A stretch of DNA of 64,000 bases from Gammaproteobacteria bacterium. Lineage in GTDB: Bacteria > Pseudomonadota > Gammaproteobacteria > DSM-16500. Positions 35,219 to 47,205 of the stretch are shown piece by piece. Made by a program: the position numbers and the translations under genes. Within the stretch, counting starts at the first letter, position 1. Each line of letters begins with the position of its first letter. Where the stretch lies: the NCBI GenBank assembly GCA_035764205.1, contig DASTZQ010000007.1, forward strand, positions 3,453-67,452, read 5' to 3'. A model generated the notes under the pieces. The model searched no databases. It saw only the letters and a program-made list of their open reading frames with translations, and was not told the DNA's origin.

Positions 35219-35761
35219 TTAAAACCGATACCCGACATCTAACACCAACGGAATAGAAATCCCTTGGTTGTGGTCTGATAAATGCGCGTTAGAATAATGC
35301 ACGGCGTGCACGCCGAAAGAAAGTTTTTCAGACGAGCCAATGAGGGTGCCAACGCCCATGCGGTCTTGAAAAGCAAAGTGGATGCCCAAGTTGCGGTTTT
35401 CAAGCCGGGTTTGGTTTAAATAAGCGAGGCCAACGCTTAATTCGAGGTAGGGGTGCAATTCCCAGTGTTTTTTGAAGGTGTAACGAATGACCGGCGCCAT
35501 GGAATAAATATTAATGGTGCTGTTATGGGCCGTGTTTACGTAAAAATGTGAAAACCCGCCATCAAAATAAACATTAAACTGCCGCCATTGGTAGGCGTCT
35601 GGGTCGTAGTTCAGCATGAATTGGTAGCCGTGGGTGGCTTTGGGTTCGGTGGCGTAAACCGGCAGTGAGAAGTTGGCGCCATACGAAGGCTGATTAGCCA
35701 GGGCCAATATTGGGTTAGTCAAAAAAAGTGCAAACAGTGCAAATTTTAATCTATTATTCAT
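35219..35761 (-). CDS. pagL: Lipid A 3-O-deacylase/acyloxyacyl hydrolase (PagL family)
   Basis: Signal peptide, beta-barrel pattern, F.FQDRMG.G, catalytic HYSNA, terminal F. Confidence 0.85.
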   Translation of the reverse strand: MNNRLKFALFALFLTNPILALANQPSYGANFSLPVYATEPKATHGYQFMLNYDPDAYQWRQFNVYFDGGFSHFYVNTAHNSTINIYSMAPVIRYTFKKHWELHPYLELSVGLAYLNQTRLENRNLGIHFAFQDRMGVGTLIGSSEKLSFGVHAVHYSNAHLSDHNQGISIPLVLDVGYRF

Positions 35762-35914
35762 GGCGCGAGGTATCTTCCTTTATACCGTCATAAGCTTAGC
35801 TTAGCACAAACTTAGGTCAGGCGGCAAGAAGAGCTGGTTATATTTTAATCAATCGAAGTGCTTGAAGTATACATTTATTATATATATAATAGTTATATAT
35901 TAAGGAAGGTTTGA

Positions 35915-36232
35915 ATGCTTGAAATTGTCCCTCTGGAAAAGAGCCCAACGAAGGCAGAGGTTAAAGCGATTATTGATCATCTTGTAAAGACAGATAAAAT
36001 TTCTTGGACGAAACACAGTAAAGCGCGAATGAATGAGCGTGATATTGCAATTCCAGAAGTGATTAATTGCTTGCAAAAGGGTGTCGTGATGGACGAGCCA
36101 TACCAAATTCATGATCACGGTGGTGGGTATCGTGTCACACTAGAAAAAAGAACGGCAGGCAGACATTTAAGAGTGGTCGCGACTTTGAAATATACACAAA
36201 GGATTTTAGTCATTACAGCAATATGGGTTTAG
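35915..36232 (+). CDS. DUF4258-type toxin
   Basis: WTKHSKARMNER.I...EVINCLQKG and terminal VITAI pattern. Confidence 0.75.
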   Translation: MLEIVPLEKSPTKAEVKAIIDHLVKTDKISWTKHSKARMNERDIAIPEVINCLQKGVVMDEPYQIHDHGGGYRVTLEKRTAGRHLRVVATLKYTQRILVITAIWV

Positions 36233-36244
36233 TGGGAGAGAAAA

Positions 36245-36703
36245 ATGAAAACATATCATTACACCGAATCAGGCTTAGATAATATTTATTTAACCAATGG
36301 CTTTGAAATAACCCCCCTTGATGATGGCGATGAAGAAATTTTTATCCACGATCTTTCGGGTTTGCATAAAGCCATAGGCTTAAGTTTAATCTATAAGCAT
36401 GGCTTGTTAAGCGGCAAGGAAATTAAATTTATTAGAAGCATGCTTGATTTTTCGCAAACAGCATTAGGAAAAATGCTGGGCTGTGACTATCAAACCATAC
36501 TTTTATGGGAAAAGGGTAAGCATGCTATTTCAAAATCAGCTGATCACTTGCTTAGAATTATTTTTCATTCTTTTCTTAACCCTGAGCAGGATAATTTAAT
36601 TTTTAAGTTGGTTAATGACATTGCAACACTGGAAGCCATGGCGCATCAAGATGAAGTGATGCAATTTAGAGAAGAAGGTCATCAGTGGTGTAAGGTGGCT
36701 TAA
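36245..36703 (+). CDS. MqsA/YgiT-like HTH antitoxin
   Basis: YHYTESGLDNIYL.NG N-terminus; IKFIRSMLDFSQ.ALGKMLG...WEKG HTH. Confidence 0.8.
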   Translation: MKTYHYTESGLDNIYLTNGFEITPLDDGDEEIFIHDLSGLHKAIGLSLIYKHGLLSGKEIKFIRSMLDFSQTALGKMLGCDYQTILLWEKGKHAISKSADHLLRIIFHSFLNPEQDNLIFKLVNDIATLEAMAHQDEVMQFREEGHQWCKVA

Positions 36704-37656
36704 TTTATTATCCTAGCTAATGCCAATACTTGCCCTGTGCTCGCATTCAAAGCCGGAATGTAATGCAGGGTTTCGCCACCTGCTTTAATAAAATCTTCCT
36801 GACCCACGATGGCAATTTCATCCAGGGTTTCTAAGCAATCCACCGAAAACCCTGGGCAAATTACATCGATCGTTCGCACCCCTTTTGAAGGCAAGGTGTT
36901 AAATAAATCTTGGGTGGAAGGCTGCAGCCAGGCATCGTAACCAAATTTGGATTGATAGCAATGCGTGTAGCTGCCAGGCTGTAAATCCAGGGCTTTCACT
37001 AAGGCGTGTGTGGTGGCTTCGCATTCGGCTTGATAAGGGTCGCCTTCTTTGACAAACCGTTCGGGAATGCCGTGATAAGAAATAAGTAAATGCTGCGCGC
37101 GACCGTGCGTTTCCCAGTGGGTTTCGATTTGGTTAGCAAGCGCTTGAATATAAGCCGGGTGAGTGGCATAAGAACGAATTTTTTTGATGGGGGGTAGGTT
37201 GGTGTAGTTTTTAATATAGGCTTCAACACGATCAAAACTGGAAGCGGTGGTGGTGTCGGAATATTGGGGGTATAAGGGCAAGACGATCAGTTCATCAATC
37301 GCAGCGGCAAATAAGGTTTTTAAACCATTCGCCATGCTTGGGTTGCCGTAATTCATGCCGAGTGCAACCACCACTTCCGTGTTTTCATTTTGCAAATAAT
37401 GCGCTAATTTTTCACCGAGTGCCTGCATGTGTAAACGCATGGGGGAATCGGTCGTCCAAATGTGTTGATATAAAGCGGCTGATTTTTTTGCGCGAAACGG
37501 CAAAATTAAACCATATAAAATGGGCAGCCAAATGAGGCGTGGCAGATGCACAACACGTTTGTCTGATAAGAACTCGCGTAAATAACGCCTGACAGCACTT
37601 GTCGTGGGTGCATCCGGTGTGCCTGTGTTGGTGAGCAAAATGCCGAGTCGTTTCAT
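36700..37656 (-). CDS. hemH: Ferrochelatase
   Basis: LLTNTGTP, FLSD.RV, PLYPQYS.TT, SYHGIP, QS.FG...WLQP, F.VDCLETL.EI. Confidence 0.97.
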   Translation of the reverse strand: MKRLGILLTNTGTPDAPTTSAVRRYLREFLSDKRVVHLPRLIWLPILYGLILPFRAKKSAALYQHIWTTDSPMRLHMQALGEKLAHYLQNENTEVVVALGMNYGNPSMANGLKTLFAAAIDELIVLPLYPQYSDTTTASSFDRVEAYIKNYTNLPPIKKIRSYATHPAYIQALANQIETHWETHGRAQHLLISYHGIPERFVKEGDPYQAECEATTHALVKALDLQPGSYTHCYQSKFGYDAWLQPSTQDLFNTLPSKGVRTIDVICPGFSVDCLETLDEIAIVGQEDFIKAGGETLHYIPALNASTGQVLALARIIN

Positions 37657-38714
37657 TATTTATCGTCTTTGGTTTCAAAGCCTAAGGCTTTTAAGCGCGC
37701 GCTCAAGCTTGGGTGAGTGCTAAACACATCACTCACGGAATTAAAGCTGCTGATGCCCGCTTGGGAAGGGTCGAAAATATAAGCTTCGCGTCTTACGTTT
37801 TCATGCGGGGTTTGTTGATATTGTTTGGTGTAAGCGCGTTTGTTTTGCTGGTGATCGCCGCTGATTTTTAATAAGGCGCGCGCGAGCGGTTGGTTGTCAC
37901 GCGTGATGGCAACGCAGCCGGCATCGGCCATGAGCTCGCGGCTGCGGCTTAAATAAAGCAGCATGATAATGTTCACGACGGGCAGCAAATAACGCAAAAT
38001 AATTAAAATGGTGGTGAGGGTGTTGCGTGAGCGGCCATCTTCGCCATCGGACGAACGGCTGGAAAAAATAGCGTTATAAAAAAAGACATCGAGCACCATT
38101 AAGGTCATGTTCGCGAGCAGGGATGCCGTGATGGTGATTTTAATATCGAGGTGACGAATGTGGCTTAATTCATGCGCCATGACGGCTTGCAATTCATCGC
38201 GGTCTAGCTTTTCAATCAAGCCACGCGTGATGGCCACCATCGCGGATTTTTCGCTAAAGCCGCTGGCAAAGGCATTCATGTAGTCAGCGTCAATTAAATA
38301 AACCTTAGGCATGTAACGCAAGCCCGCGGCAATTTTCATTTCTTCAACCACATTATAAAGCTGTTTTTCTTGCAGGGTTTTGGCCGTGGAGGGCGTAATT
38401 TCGTGGTAATCGGTGCCTAAGAGCATGAGTTTATCAGCGAGCAACACAGCCACAAACAAAGACACAAACGCAACGCCTAATAAAATAAAGGTTGCGATGG
38501 GGAAAATTTGAAAGTGAATTAAGGCGTCCGCAATTTGTGGCAGGGTGGCTTTGGGGTAGCGCGAAGCCACCATCACCATGTCTATCAAAAAACCGATGCC
38601 GGTGTAAATTAAAAAAAACAGGCCGACCACAATGATCGTCCTGCGATTGTTTTGCTTGAGCGTTTTACGCCAATCTGGGCTGGTGCTGATGAAATCAGAT
38701 AAGGCGTCGCTCAT
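37656..38714 (-). CDS. htpX: HtpX-family M48 zinc metalloprotease
   Basis: NAFASG, AVMAHELSH, SR.RE..AD, THP...R. Confidence 0.9.
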   Translation of the reverse strand: MSDALSDFISTSPDWRKTLKQNNRRTIIVVGLFFLIYTGIGFLIDMVMVASRYPKATLPQIADALIHFQIFPIATFILLGVAFVSLFVAVLLADKLMLLGTDYHEITPSTAKTLQEKQLYNVVEEMKIAAGLRYMPKVYLIDADYMNAFASGFSEKSAMVAITRGLIEKLDRDELQAVMAHELSHIRHLDIKITITASLLANMTLMVLDVFFYNAIFSSRSSDGEDGRSRNTLTTILIILRYLLPVVNIIMLLYLSRSRELMADAGCVAITRDNQPLARALLKISGDHQQNKRAYTKQYQQTPHENVRREAYIFDPSQAGISSFNSVSDVFSTHPSLSARLKALGFETKDDK

Positions 38715-39286
38715 TATAATTTAACCGTGTAATTTTCTTGTTCGGCCACTTTGCCAGCAGCGAGCTGCCAGTAAGTGAAATCCATGTCGAGTTTGGATTT
38801 AAAGGCGCCGACAATGACATTCGCCGGGAAAGATTTTTTGTCAGCGTTATAAATTTCAATGCTGTCGTTGTAAGACTGTTTTGCAAAAGCCAATTTATTT
38901 TCAGTGCTGACAATTTCTTCTTGAAGTTGTAAGCAGTTTTGGTTGGCTTTTAAGTCAGGGTATTGTTCAAAGACTAAATTTAAGCCATTGGCAATGGAGG
39001 AGATTTGGTTTTCAGCGGCAAAACGGCCTTGGTTGTCGCCATTGGCTTTCGCTTGATTGGCTTGGTTACGAAGCGCGACCACATCTTTTAAAGTGGTTTG
39101 TTCGTAATCCATGTATTTTTTAACAACGCTGATTAAGGATTCAAAGACTTTGAAGCGACGATCGAGCTGGATGTCGATTTGTTTTTCGTTATTTTTAACG
39201 GCTTCAATTTGAGCAATCAGGCGGTTGTAAGTGATGATGCCAAAACCAACAATGACGGCGAGGACGATCAGTAAAATCATGGACAT
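38714..39286 (-). CDS. lemA: LemA family protein
   Basis: YN.L, IDIQL.RR, E.YPDLKANQN.LQLQEE, FPAN. Confidence 0.95.
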   Translation of the reverse strand: MSMILLIVLAVIVGFGIITYNRLIAQIEAVKNNEKQIDIQLDRRFKVFESLISVVKKYMDYEQTTLKDVVALRNQANQAKANGDNQGRFAAENQISSIANGLNLVFEQYPDLKANQNCLQLQEEIVSTENKLAFAKQSYNDSIEIYNADKKSFPANVIVGAFKSKLDMDFTYWQLAAGKVAEQENYTVKL

Positions 39287-39317
39287 GGTAAACCTCCGGT
39301 TAGATACACTGATGACA

Positions 39318-42300
39318 CTAGGGTAACACTTTCGCGAGTGTATAATCCACCCATTTAAGGCTCAGCACCGCTTGCAGGCGGTTTTGGTGTTGGCGTGCCT
39401 CGAGGTGGTTTAAATCGATGATTTCAAGCGGCTGGTCTTGCCACGAACAGGCAAACACGGCCTTGGTGCGAAGGCCAGTGTCAGGGTCGATTTGCCATTG
39501 CAAGCATTGTGCGCACACGCCTTTTAACATGCACTGCATGTGCCCGTAAACGGCGCCAACCACGGCTGGGTTTTTCAGCAAATGGGGTTTTAAGGTGGTG
39601 GATCGAGCCGCTTGAAAGCGCTTTAGAAGGTCGACGTTGGTAATGACGTAAACGCGGTCAACGTCGTGCAAAATGGGTTTGCCATTGCGTTGGATGTGGC
39701 TGTACGTGAGCAGGGCATCCATCAGGTCGTTGCCACGGTAGAGGTAGTCGCTGTTGCGTATGGTGAGCGTGCCTTCTTTTAATTGCCAAACCACGGTGTC
39801 GGCTGAGGCTTCCAGTGCGGCTTTTGAATAAATGGCGGCTGGATTGTCAAATTGCGCAATGATTAAAACGTGGTTGCCCGCCTCACGGCAAGCTTGGCCG
39901 TAAGCTTGCACAAAGGCTAAATTGCTGGTGTCTGCTAAAATGAGCACGGTTTCATGTTCATTCGGGATTTTGGTTCTGACGCCGGTTGGGCCCATTAAAG
40001 CAACGGGTTGATTGGGCGTGAGGGTGCGACATACTTTGGCGCTCGCACTGTTTTCATTCACCAAAAAGGTGAGGACGCCATGGGTTTTATCAACGGAAGC
40101 GGCAGTTAAGGCCAATGGTTCCATTTGCAATAAGGTGTCATCACAAGGCAGGGCTTCGGTTTCTAAGTTTTGTAAGCGATAAAATTGGCCGGGTTGGTGG
40201 TGTGACGCGGCAAGTGGCGCTTGTATGCTGAGCTCGAGTAAATGCGCATGTTGCTTGATGTGTTGAACGCGCGCGGTAAACAAATGGCGCATGCGTTCAG
40301 AAAATAAAGCGTATTCGCTTTCATTGCCGATGGATAATTTGTTTTTAAGCAAGGCTAAAATTTTAGGGTAAGTTCGCATGCCTGAGGCAATGGCTTTTAC
40401 CACATTGCCATGAAACACGGGGTGAGTGTCGCCAATTAAACTCACGCGTTTGTCGTGCTCGTGATAAGAAGTGAAGGGGCCGAAATGCGGTTCTTTGCAG
40501 TGCTGAACACCGTGCGCCGAGGTGAGCTCACCAGCCGTGTCTTCGTAGTGTTGATATTGTAAATTCACGCGATTAAACGTGCCTTTGTGTTCAAATTCAT
40601 AAGCGGTGTTAGGTTGTGTGCCGGTTGCAATTAATAAGCTGCGCGCGGGTAGGCGCTGTTCTTGCTGTGTTTGCGTGTGTTTAATAATGAGCGCTTGTGT
40701 GTGGCCGTGTTCATCGAGTTCAGCTGACACCGGCTCAACATTTTCGAGGTAAAAAATGCCTTCTTCTAAGGCTTTAATCAACTCTTCGTGATTGTTAATG
40801 TAAGCCGGCGAGGCTTGCATGGTTTTGCGATAAGCAATGGTGACGCCGCCCCAGGCATGGATGAGTTTAATGAAATTGGGTTCGCGATTTTCTTGTTTTG
40901 CGCGTGCGCGTTCTTTTGTGATTTCATCGTTGTGCTTTAAAAAGGTGTGTAAGGTTTCGCGTGAGCTGATATCGAGCTCATTTAAAATACTCGCTTCATC
41001 AATCGCGCTCACTAAGGTGCGATAACGATATGCGATTTTTTCAACTTGCGTGATGTAATAGGCTTGTGCTTCGGTCGCGGTATCCACACCCGTTAAGCCG
41101 CCGCCGATGATAATGGCAGGTAATTCCAGCTGTAAATTGGTGAGGCTTTCAGGTTTCACCGCATTGCCCAATTGCAAGGCCATTAAAAAATCATTGGCTT
41201 GACGCATGCCAGGCGCCATGCTGTTAGGGATGGGTAAGGCTTTTGGTAAACCCGCACCGACGGCAATTACAAAATGATCAAAGCCCAAGGCCCAAGCATC
41301 ATTCACCGTGATGGTGCCGCCAAAGCGTATGCCGCCAAACACTTGAAAATGCGGGCGACGCATTAAACTTAAATAAATAAGTTTAAGAAAATTTTTATCC
41401 CAACGCACCGTGATGCCGTATTCAGCCACACCACCAAAGCCCGCCATGATGCGTTCATCGAGGGACTCTTGCAAGTCAGCAAAATGTTTAATGGGGTTTT
41501 TAATCAAGGTTTCTGGCAGCGGTTCTATTTTTAAGCCATCGAAACCAACAATCGCAAAGCCTTCTTGCAACAAATGGTGGGCAAGGGTAAAGCCCGCCGG
41601 CCCCATGCCGGCAATCAACACTTTTAAGCCATTGTAAGGTTTCATCACCCATTGTTGTTGACGCAGCGGGTTCCAGCGCGTGAGCAAGTCGTAAATTTCA
41701 ACACCCCAAGGTAAATTGAGCACATCTGTCAGTGTGCGCGTTTCAACTTGTGGAATGTTGACAGGTGTTTGTTTTTGATAAATGCAAGATTTCATGCAGT
41801 CATTGCAAATGCGATGCCCGGTGGCGGGGCACATGGGGTTGTCGACCATGACCATCGCGAGTGCGGCAAGGGTGTAACCATCGCGTTTTAAAAACTGCAT
41901 TTCAGAAATTTTTTCTTCGAGTGGGCAGCCAGTCAGGGTGATGTCCAGCGGATTTTTTTTGAAGCCTTGTGCGGGGTCGCCTTTTTTAACCGGGAACCCT
42001 TTAGAGCAAAAATCCCCGTCGTGATCGTGGCAGTAAATGCAATAATTCACTTCGTCTTGCACTTCGCGCGCGCTCATGCGGGCATCGGTGAGTTTAAAGC
42101 CATCGCGCTCGCGCCATTCATTTTCGGGTGCGCTTAAACGACCGAAGGCATCGTCTTTCACGGGCACGGTTTTGACTAAAGCGTGATAATCTAGGCGTTC
42201 AGGTAAAGTAAAACTGACCCAATCATGGGTGTAAGCTTGCCCTGCTTGCGAGGCGAGTGCTTGTGTGCACCATTGCACCAAGGTTTCAATGCCAGCTTCG

Positions 42301-42785
42301 TGTTGTTCAGCGTGGTTTAAGTATTCCATGCCTAAGAGTGCAATCGCGAGTTCTTTGTCTTCGGTTTGTAAGGCGGCTTTTGCGAGTGCTTTTTCAATGA
42401 GGGTGTTTAATTCCTTGAAGGATGGAAAGGTCGCGGCCTTGTTAATTTCTTTTTTGGCGCGCTTTAACACATAATATTTTTTAAAGCTGGAAATTGGGTT
42501 TTCGCTGGTGGTGAGCACTTGTTGTTGCTCTACCGCTGCTTGAATATTAAATAAATCGGCTAAAAAAGCCTCTAAAACCACACCCACGCGTATGAGTAAT
42601 TCACTTTGTTCAATCGGGGGCAGCGTTGAATGATTGTTACGATAAAGTAAAAGTTGCGTGTGCCATTCAGCATTCACGCTGTGTAAGTGTTGAAGAAAAG
42701 CAGCATCGAGCGCATGCAGGCCGTCACTCGTGAACAGTGATTCGTAGGTTCTGCCTTTTAATGTTAATGCGCTCGATGTTTGCAT
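39318..42785 (-). CDS. GltD/NfnB-like FAD-Fe/S oxidoreductase fused to a PyrK/NfnA-like FNR domain
   Basis: CIYCH, GCPL, CPATGHRICNDCMKSC; G.GPAG; GGGLTG.D; C-terminal PGQFYRL, MGPTG, MQCMLKGVCAQC...C. Confidence 0.85.
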   Translation of the reverse strand: MQTSSALTLKGRTYESLFTSDGLHALDAAFLQHLHSVNAEWHTQLLLYRNNHSTLPPIEQSELLIRVGVVLEAFLADLFNIQAAVEQQQVLTTSENPISSFKKYYVLKRAKKEINKAATFPSFKELNTLIEKALAKAALQTEDKELAIALLGMEYLNHAEQHEAGIETLVQWCTQALASQAGQAYTHDWVSFTLPERLDYHALVKTVPVKDDAFGRLSAPENEWRERDGFKLTDARMSAREVQDEVNYCIYCHDHDGDFCSKGFPVKKGDPAQGFKKNPLDITLTGCPLEEKISEMQFLKRDGYTLAALAMVMVDNPMCPATGHRICNDCMKSCIYQKQTPVNIPQVETRTLTDVLNLPWGVEIYDLLTRWNPLRQQQWVMKPYNGLKVLIAGMGPAGFTLAHHLLQEGFAIVGFDGLKIEPLPETLIKNPIKHFADLQESLDERIMAGFGGVAEYGITVRWDKNFLKLIYLSLMRRPHFQVFGGIRFGGTITVNDAWALGFDHFVIAVGAGLPKALPIPNSMAPGMRQANDFLMALQLGNAVKPESLTNLQLELPAIIIGGGLTGVDTATEAQAYYITQVEKIAYRYRTLVSAIDEASILNELDISSRETLHTFLKHNDEITKERARAKQENREPNFIKLIHAWGGVTIAYRKTMQASPAYINNHEELIKALEEGIFYLENVEPVSAELDEHGHTQALIIKHTQTQQEQRLPARSLLIATGTQPNTAYEFEHKGTFNRVNLQYQHYEDTAGELTSAHGVQHCKEPHFGPFTSYHEHDKRVSLIGDTHPVFHGNVVKAIASGMRTYPKILALLKNKLSIGNESEYALFSERMRHLFTARVQHIKQHAHLLELSIQAPLAASHHQPGQFYRLQNLETEALPCDDTLLQMEPLALTAASVDKTHGVLTFLVNENSASAKVCRTLTPNQPVALMGPTGVRTKIPNEHETVLILADTSNLAFVQAYGQACREAGNHVLIIAQFDNPAAIYSKAALEASADTVVWQLKEGTLTIRNSDYLYRGNDLMDALLTYSHIQRNGKPILHDVDRVYVITNVDLLKRFQAARSTTLKPHLLKNPAVVGAVYGHMQCMLKGVCAQCLQWQIDPDTGLRTKAVFACSWQDQPLEIIDLNHLEARQHQNRLQAVLSLKWVDYTLAKVLP

Positions 42786-42789
42786 GTGT

Positions 42790-44223
42790 TTAGCCTTGAA
42801 GTTTTTTCTTTAAGATTTCGTTTAGCTGACCTGGGTTCATTTTGCCACCCGATGCTTTCATGGCGAGGCCAACAAAAAAGCCCATGAGTTTGTCTTTGCC
42901 AGCGCGGAAATCTGCGACTTGTTGAGGGTTGGCAGCGAGCAATTCATCGACCAATTTCTCAATGGCGCCGGTGTCGCTCACTTGCTTTAAGCCGCGTGCT
43001 TCAATGATGGCATCGACTTCACCTTCTTGATTCCAGAGGGCTTCAAAGATGGTTTTGCCTATTTTACCAGAAATGGTTTGATCAGCGATACGCGTGACCA
43101 GGTGGCCTAAGCGTTCGGTGGAAATAGGGCTTTCCGTGATGTCTTTGTTTTCGCGGTTCAAGGCACCCAGCAGTTCGCTCATGATCCAGTTCGCAGCGAG
43201 CTTAGGCTGCTTGGAAACGGCCACCACACCTTCAAAGTAAGCGGCTAACTCGCGGTTGGCAGACAGCGTGCCGGCGTCGTAAGCGCTTAAACTGTATTGC
43301 GAGACAAAGCGTTCGCGTTTTTGTTGTGGCAGTTCAGGCAAATCTTGGCGAACGCGTTCGATATCAGCTGCGCTGATGACCAGCGGGAGTAAATCGGGGT
43401 CGGGGAAGTAGCGGTAATCATTCGCTTCTTCTTTTGAGCGCATGGAACGCGTTTCGTTTTTGTCAGCATCGTAAAGCCGTGTTTCTTGGATGACTTTGCC
43501 GCCGCCTTCAATGAGGTTAATTTGTCTTTCTACTTCGTAATTAATCGCTTTTTCAACAAAGCGAAAAGAGTTAATGTTTTTTAACTCAGCGCGTGTGCCA
43601 AATTTCGTTTCGCCTTTGGGGCGCACAGAAACGTTGGCATCGCAACGGAAAGAGCCTTCTTGCATGTTGCCATCGCAGATGCCTAAATACCGAACCAAGG
43701 TGTGTATCGTTTTTAAATAAGCAACGGCTTCTTTGGCAGAGCGCATTTCAGGTTCAGACACAATTTCAAGCAAGGGTGTGCCTGCGCGGTTTAAATCGAT
43801 GCCGCTTTGACCGTTGAAATCTTCGTGCAATGATTTGCCGGCATCTTCTTCCAAGTGAGCGCGCGTGATGTTAATGCGTTTCATGCTGCCATCGTCAAGC
43901 AATACATCCACATACCCTTTGCCAACCACGGGCAATTCATATTGGCTGATTTGATAGCCCTTAGGTAAGTCAGGGTAAAAATAATTTTTACGTGCAAACA
44001 CTGAACGAGGTGCAATTTCTGCATTCGCGCCTAAACCAAAGCGTATGGCCATTTCAACCGCTTGATGATTTAACACGGGTAAAACGCCAGGCATGCCAAG
44101 GTCAATCGCGCAGGCTTGGGTGTTGGGTTCTGCGCCAAATTGCGTGGAAGCGCCGGAAAAAATTTTACTTTTCGTGAGTAATTGTGCGTGGACTTCAAGC
44201 CCAATAACGACTTCCCATTCCAT
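42790..44223 (-). CDS. gatB: Asp/Glu-tRNA amidotransferase subunit B
   Basis: [44 protein letters not shown]. Confidence 0.99.
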   Translation of the reverse strand: MEWEVVIGLEVHAQLLTKSKIFSGASTQFGAEPNTQACAIDLGMPGVLPVLNHQAVEMAIRFGLGANAEIAPRSVFARKNYFYPDLPKGYQISQYELPVVGKGYVDVLLDDGSMKRINITRAHLEEDAGKSLHEDFNGQSGIDLNRAGTPLLEIVSEPEMRSAKEAVAYLKTIHTLVRYLGICDGNMQEGSFRCDANVSVRPKGETKFGTRAELKNINSFRFVEKAINYEVERQINLIEGGGKVIQETRLYDADKNETRSMRSKEEANDYRYFPDPDLLPLVISAADIERVRQDLPELPQQKRERFVSQYSLSAYDAGTLSANRELAAYFEGVVAVSKQPKLAANWIMSELLGALNRENKDITESPISTERLGHLVTRIADQTISGKIGKTIFEALWNQEGEVDAIIEARGLKQVSDTGAIEKLVDELLAANPQQVADFRAGKDKLMGFFVGLAMKASGGKMNPGQLNEILKKKLQG

Positions 44224-44224
44224 C

Positions 44225-45676
44225 TTAGTAGCCCTCCGGATGACGTTGATGCCAATCGGTGACCGATTGGTATTGATGTGCGATGTTTAGTAATTGTGCT
44301 TCTTGAAAGTTGTTGCCAATGAGCTGCAAGCCAACGGGCAATTGATTAATAAAACCGGCAGGCACTGACATGCCAGGCAAGCCCGCTAAATTCACGGCAA
44401 TGGTGAAGATGTCGGAGAGATACATGCTGATGGGGTCGGCGCTTTTTGCACCAAATTCAAATGCAGGCGTTGGTGAAGTGGGGCCGGCGATGACATCGAC
44501 GTGTTTAAAGGCTTCTGCAAAATCATTGGAAATTAAACGGCGCACGCGTTGGGCTTTTAAATAATAAGCGTCGTAATAGCCGGCCGATAAAACATACGTG
44601 CCTATCATGATGCGGCGTTTCACTTCGCTGCCAAAACCTTCAGAGCGTGAACGTTGATAAAGGTCGAGTAAATCAACGGCATCTTTGCAACGGTAACCGT
44701 AACGCACGCCATCAAAACGCGCGAGGTTGGAAGAGCATTCCGCCGGTGCAATCACGTAATACGTGGGCACAGAAAGCGCTGTGTTAGGTAAGCTCACTTC
44801 ATGCAAAGTCGCGCCCAGTTTTTCTAATTCATGGATGGCTGTTTGCAACACCTTCGCCATCTCAGGGTTTAAGTCACTGCTGAAATATTCTTTGGGCAGG
44901 CCTATGCGCAATCCTTTGATGGATTTTGTTAAGGTGGCCGTGTAATCGGGCACGGGCACATCAAGGCTGGTGGAATCTTTGGGGTCGAAGCCAGCCATGG
45001 CATTTAACAAGATGGCCGCGTCTTCCGCCGTGCGTGTCATGGGGCCGCCTTGATCGAGGCTAGAAGCGTAGGCAATCATGCCGTAGCGTGAAACGCGGCC
45101 GTAAGTGGGTTTTAAGCCGGTGATACCCGTGAGCGCTGCGGGTTGGCGAATGGAGCCGCCGGTGTCAGTGCCCGTCGCTGCAAAGGCAAGGCCAGCCGCC
45201 ACCGCGGCGGCAGAACCGCCCGATGAGCCGCCTGGCACGGTGTTGGTGTTCCAGGGGTTTTTTACGGGGCCGTAGAAGCTGGTTTCATTGGAAGACCCCA
45301 TGGCGAATTCGTCCATGTTGGTTTTGCCGAGCATGACAGCACCGGCTGCATTTAAGCGTTCAACCACGGTGGCATTGTAAGGGGCTTTGAAATTATCGAG
45401 TATTTTTGAGCCGCAAGAGGTGCGCACGCCGTCGGTGCAGAAAATATCTTTTTGCGCAATTGGGATGCCGGTGAGCGGTGTGTGCTTGCCAGCGGCACGG
45501 GTGGCATCGGCCGCTTTTGCCGCCGCCAAGGCTTGTTCAGGCGTGATGGTGATATAGCTATTTAGGGTTTTATCATGCTTAGCGATGCGATCAAGCATGT
45601 GTTGGGTGAGCTCAACGCTGGTGAGGGTTTTGTCAGCGAGGGCTTTGGATAAGTCAGCAATGGTTTTGTAATGCAT
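44225..45676 (-). CDS. gatA: Asp/Glu-tRNA amidotransferase subunit A
   Basis: Amidase signature [36 protein letters not shown]. Confidence 0.99.
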   Translation of the reverse strand: MHYKTIADLSKALADKTLTSVELTQHMLDRIAKHDKTLNSYITITPEQALAAAKAADATRAAGKHTPLTGIPIAQKDIFCTDGVRTSCGSKILDNFKAPYNATVVERLNAAGAVMLGKTNMDEFAMGSSNETSFYGPVKNPWNTNTVPGGSSGGSAAAVAAGLAFAATGTDTGGSIRQPAALTGITGLKPTYGRVSRYGMIAYASSLDQGGPMTRTAEDAAILLNAMAGFDPKDSTSLDVPVPDYTATLTKSIKGLRIGLPKEYFSSDLNPEMAKVLQTAIHELEKLGATLHEVSLPNTALSVPTYYVIAPAECSSNLARFDGVRYGYRCKDAVDLLDLYQRSRSEGFGSEVKRRIMIGTYVLSAGYYDAYYLKAQRVRRLISNDFAEAFKHVDVIAGPTSPTPAFEFGAKSADPISMYLSDIFTIAVNLAGLPGMSVPAGFINQLPVGLQLIGNNFQEAQLLNIAHQYQSVTDWHQRHPEGY

Positions 45677-45692
45677 AGGGCTTAGGCCTCAT

Positions 45693-45980
45693 TTAGTCTA
45701 TCACTTGGGGGACGAGATACAGGCCGGCTTCAACGGCGGGTGCAATGGCTTGGAATTTTTCACGTTGGTCGTGTTCGGTGACCGCATCCAGGCGCAGGCG
45801 CTGTGTCACATCCAGGGAATGGGACATGGGTTCAATGCCGGTGGTGTCTGTTTGATTCAGTTGGTTGATCATAGACAGCATGTCTGCAATTTGTGGCGCA
45901 AAGGTGGCCAAGTCTTGCTCACTCATATTTAAACGGGCAAGGTGAGCAACTTTTTTAGCATCTTCAGGGGTAAAGGACAT
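45693..45980 (-). CDS. gatC: Asp/Glu-tRNA amidotransferase subunit C
   Basis: VAHLARL, EPMSH, LR.D.V, G.YLVPQVI; start moved to MSFTPED. Confidence 0.96.
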   Translation of the reverse strand: MSFTPEDAKKVAHLARLNMSEQDLATFAPQIADMLSMINQLNQTDTTGIEPMSHSLDVTQRLRLDAVTEHDQREKFQAIAPAVEAGLYLVPQVID

Positions 45981-46129
45981 GGGTAGTGCTCCCGCAATTT
46001 TCTTGGAATGAAAAGAGCGAGGATTATACACGGAACGATTCTCGGTTGCGATAGTAGGATAAATTGAATATTGCTTGGCTTCGGTCTAATGAGTGATTAG
46101 AATGCTATGATAATTCGTCTCTGATTTAA

Positions 46130-47191
<1,062 letters not shown>

Positions 47192-47205
47192 CGGGGGTTT
47201 GACTT

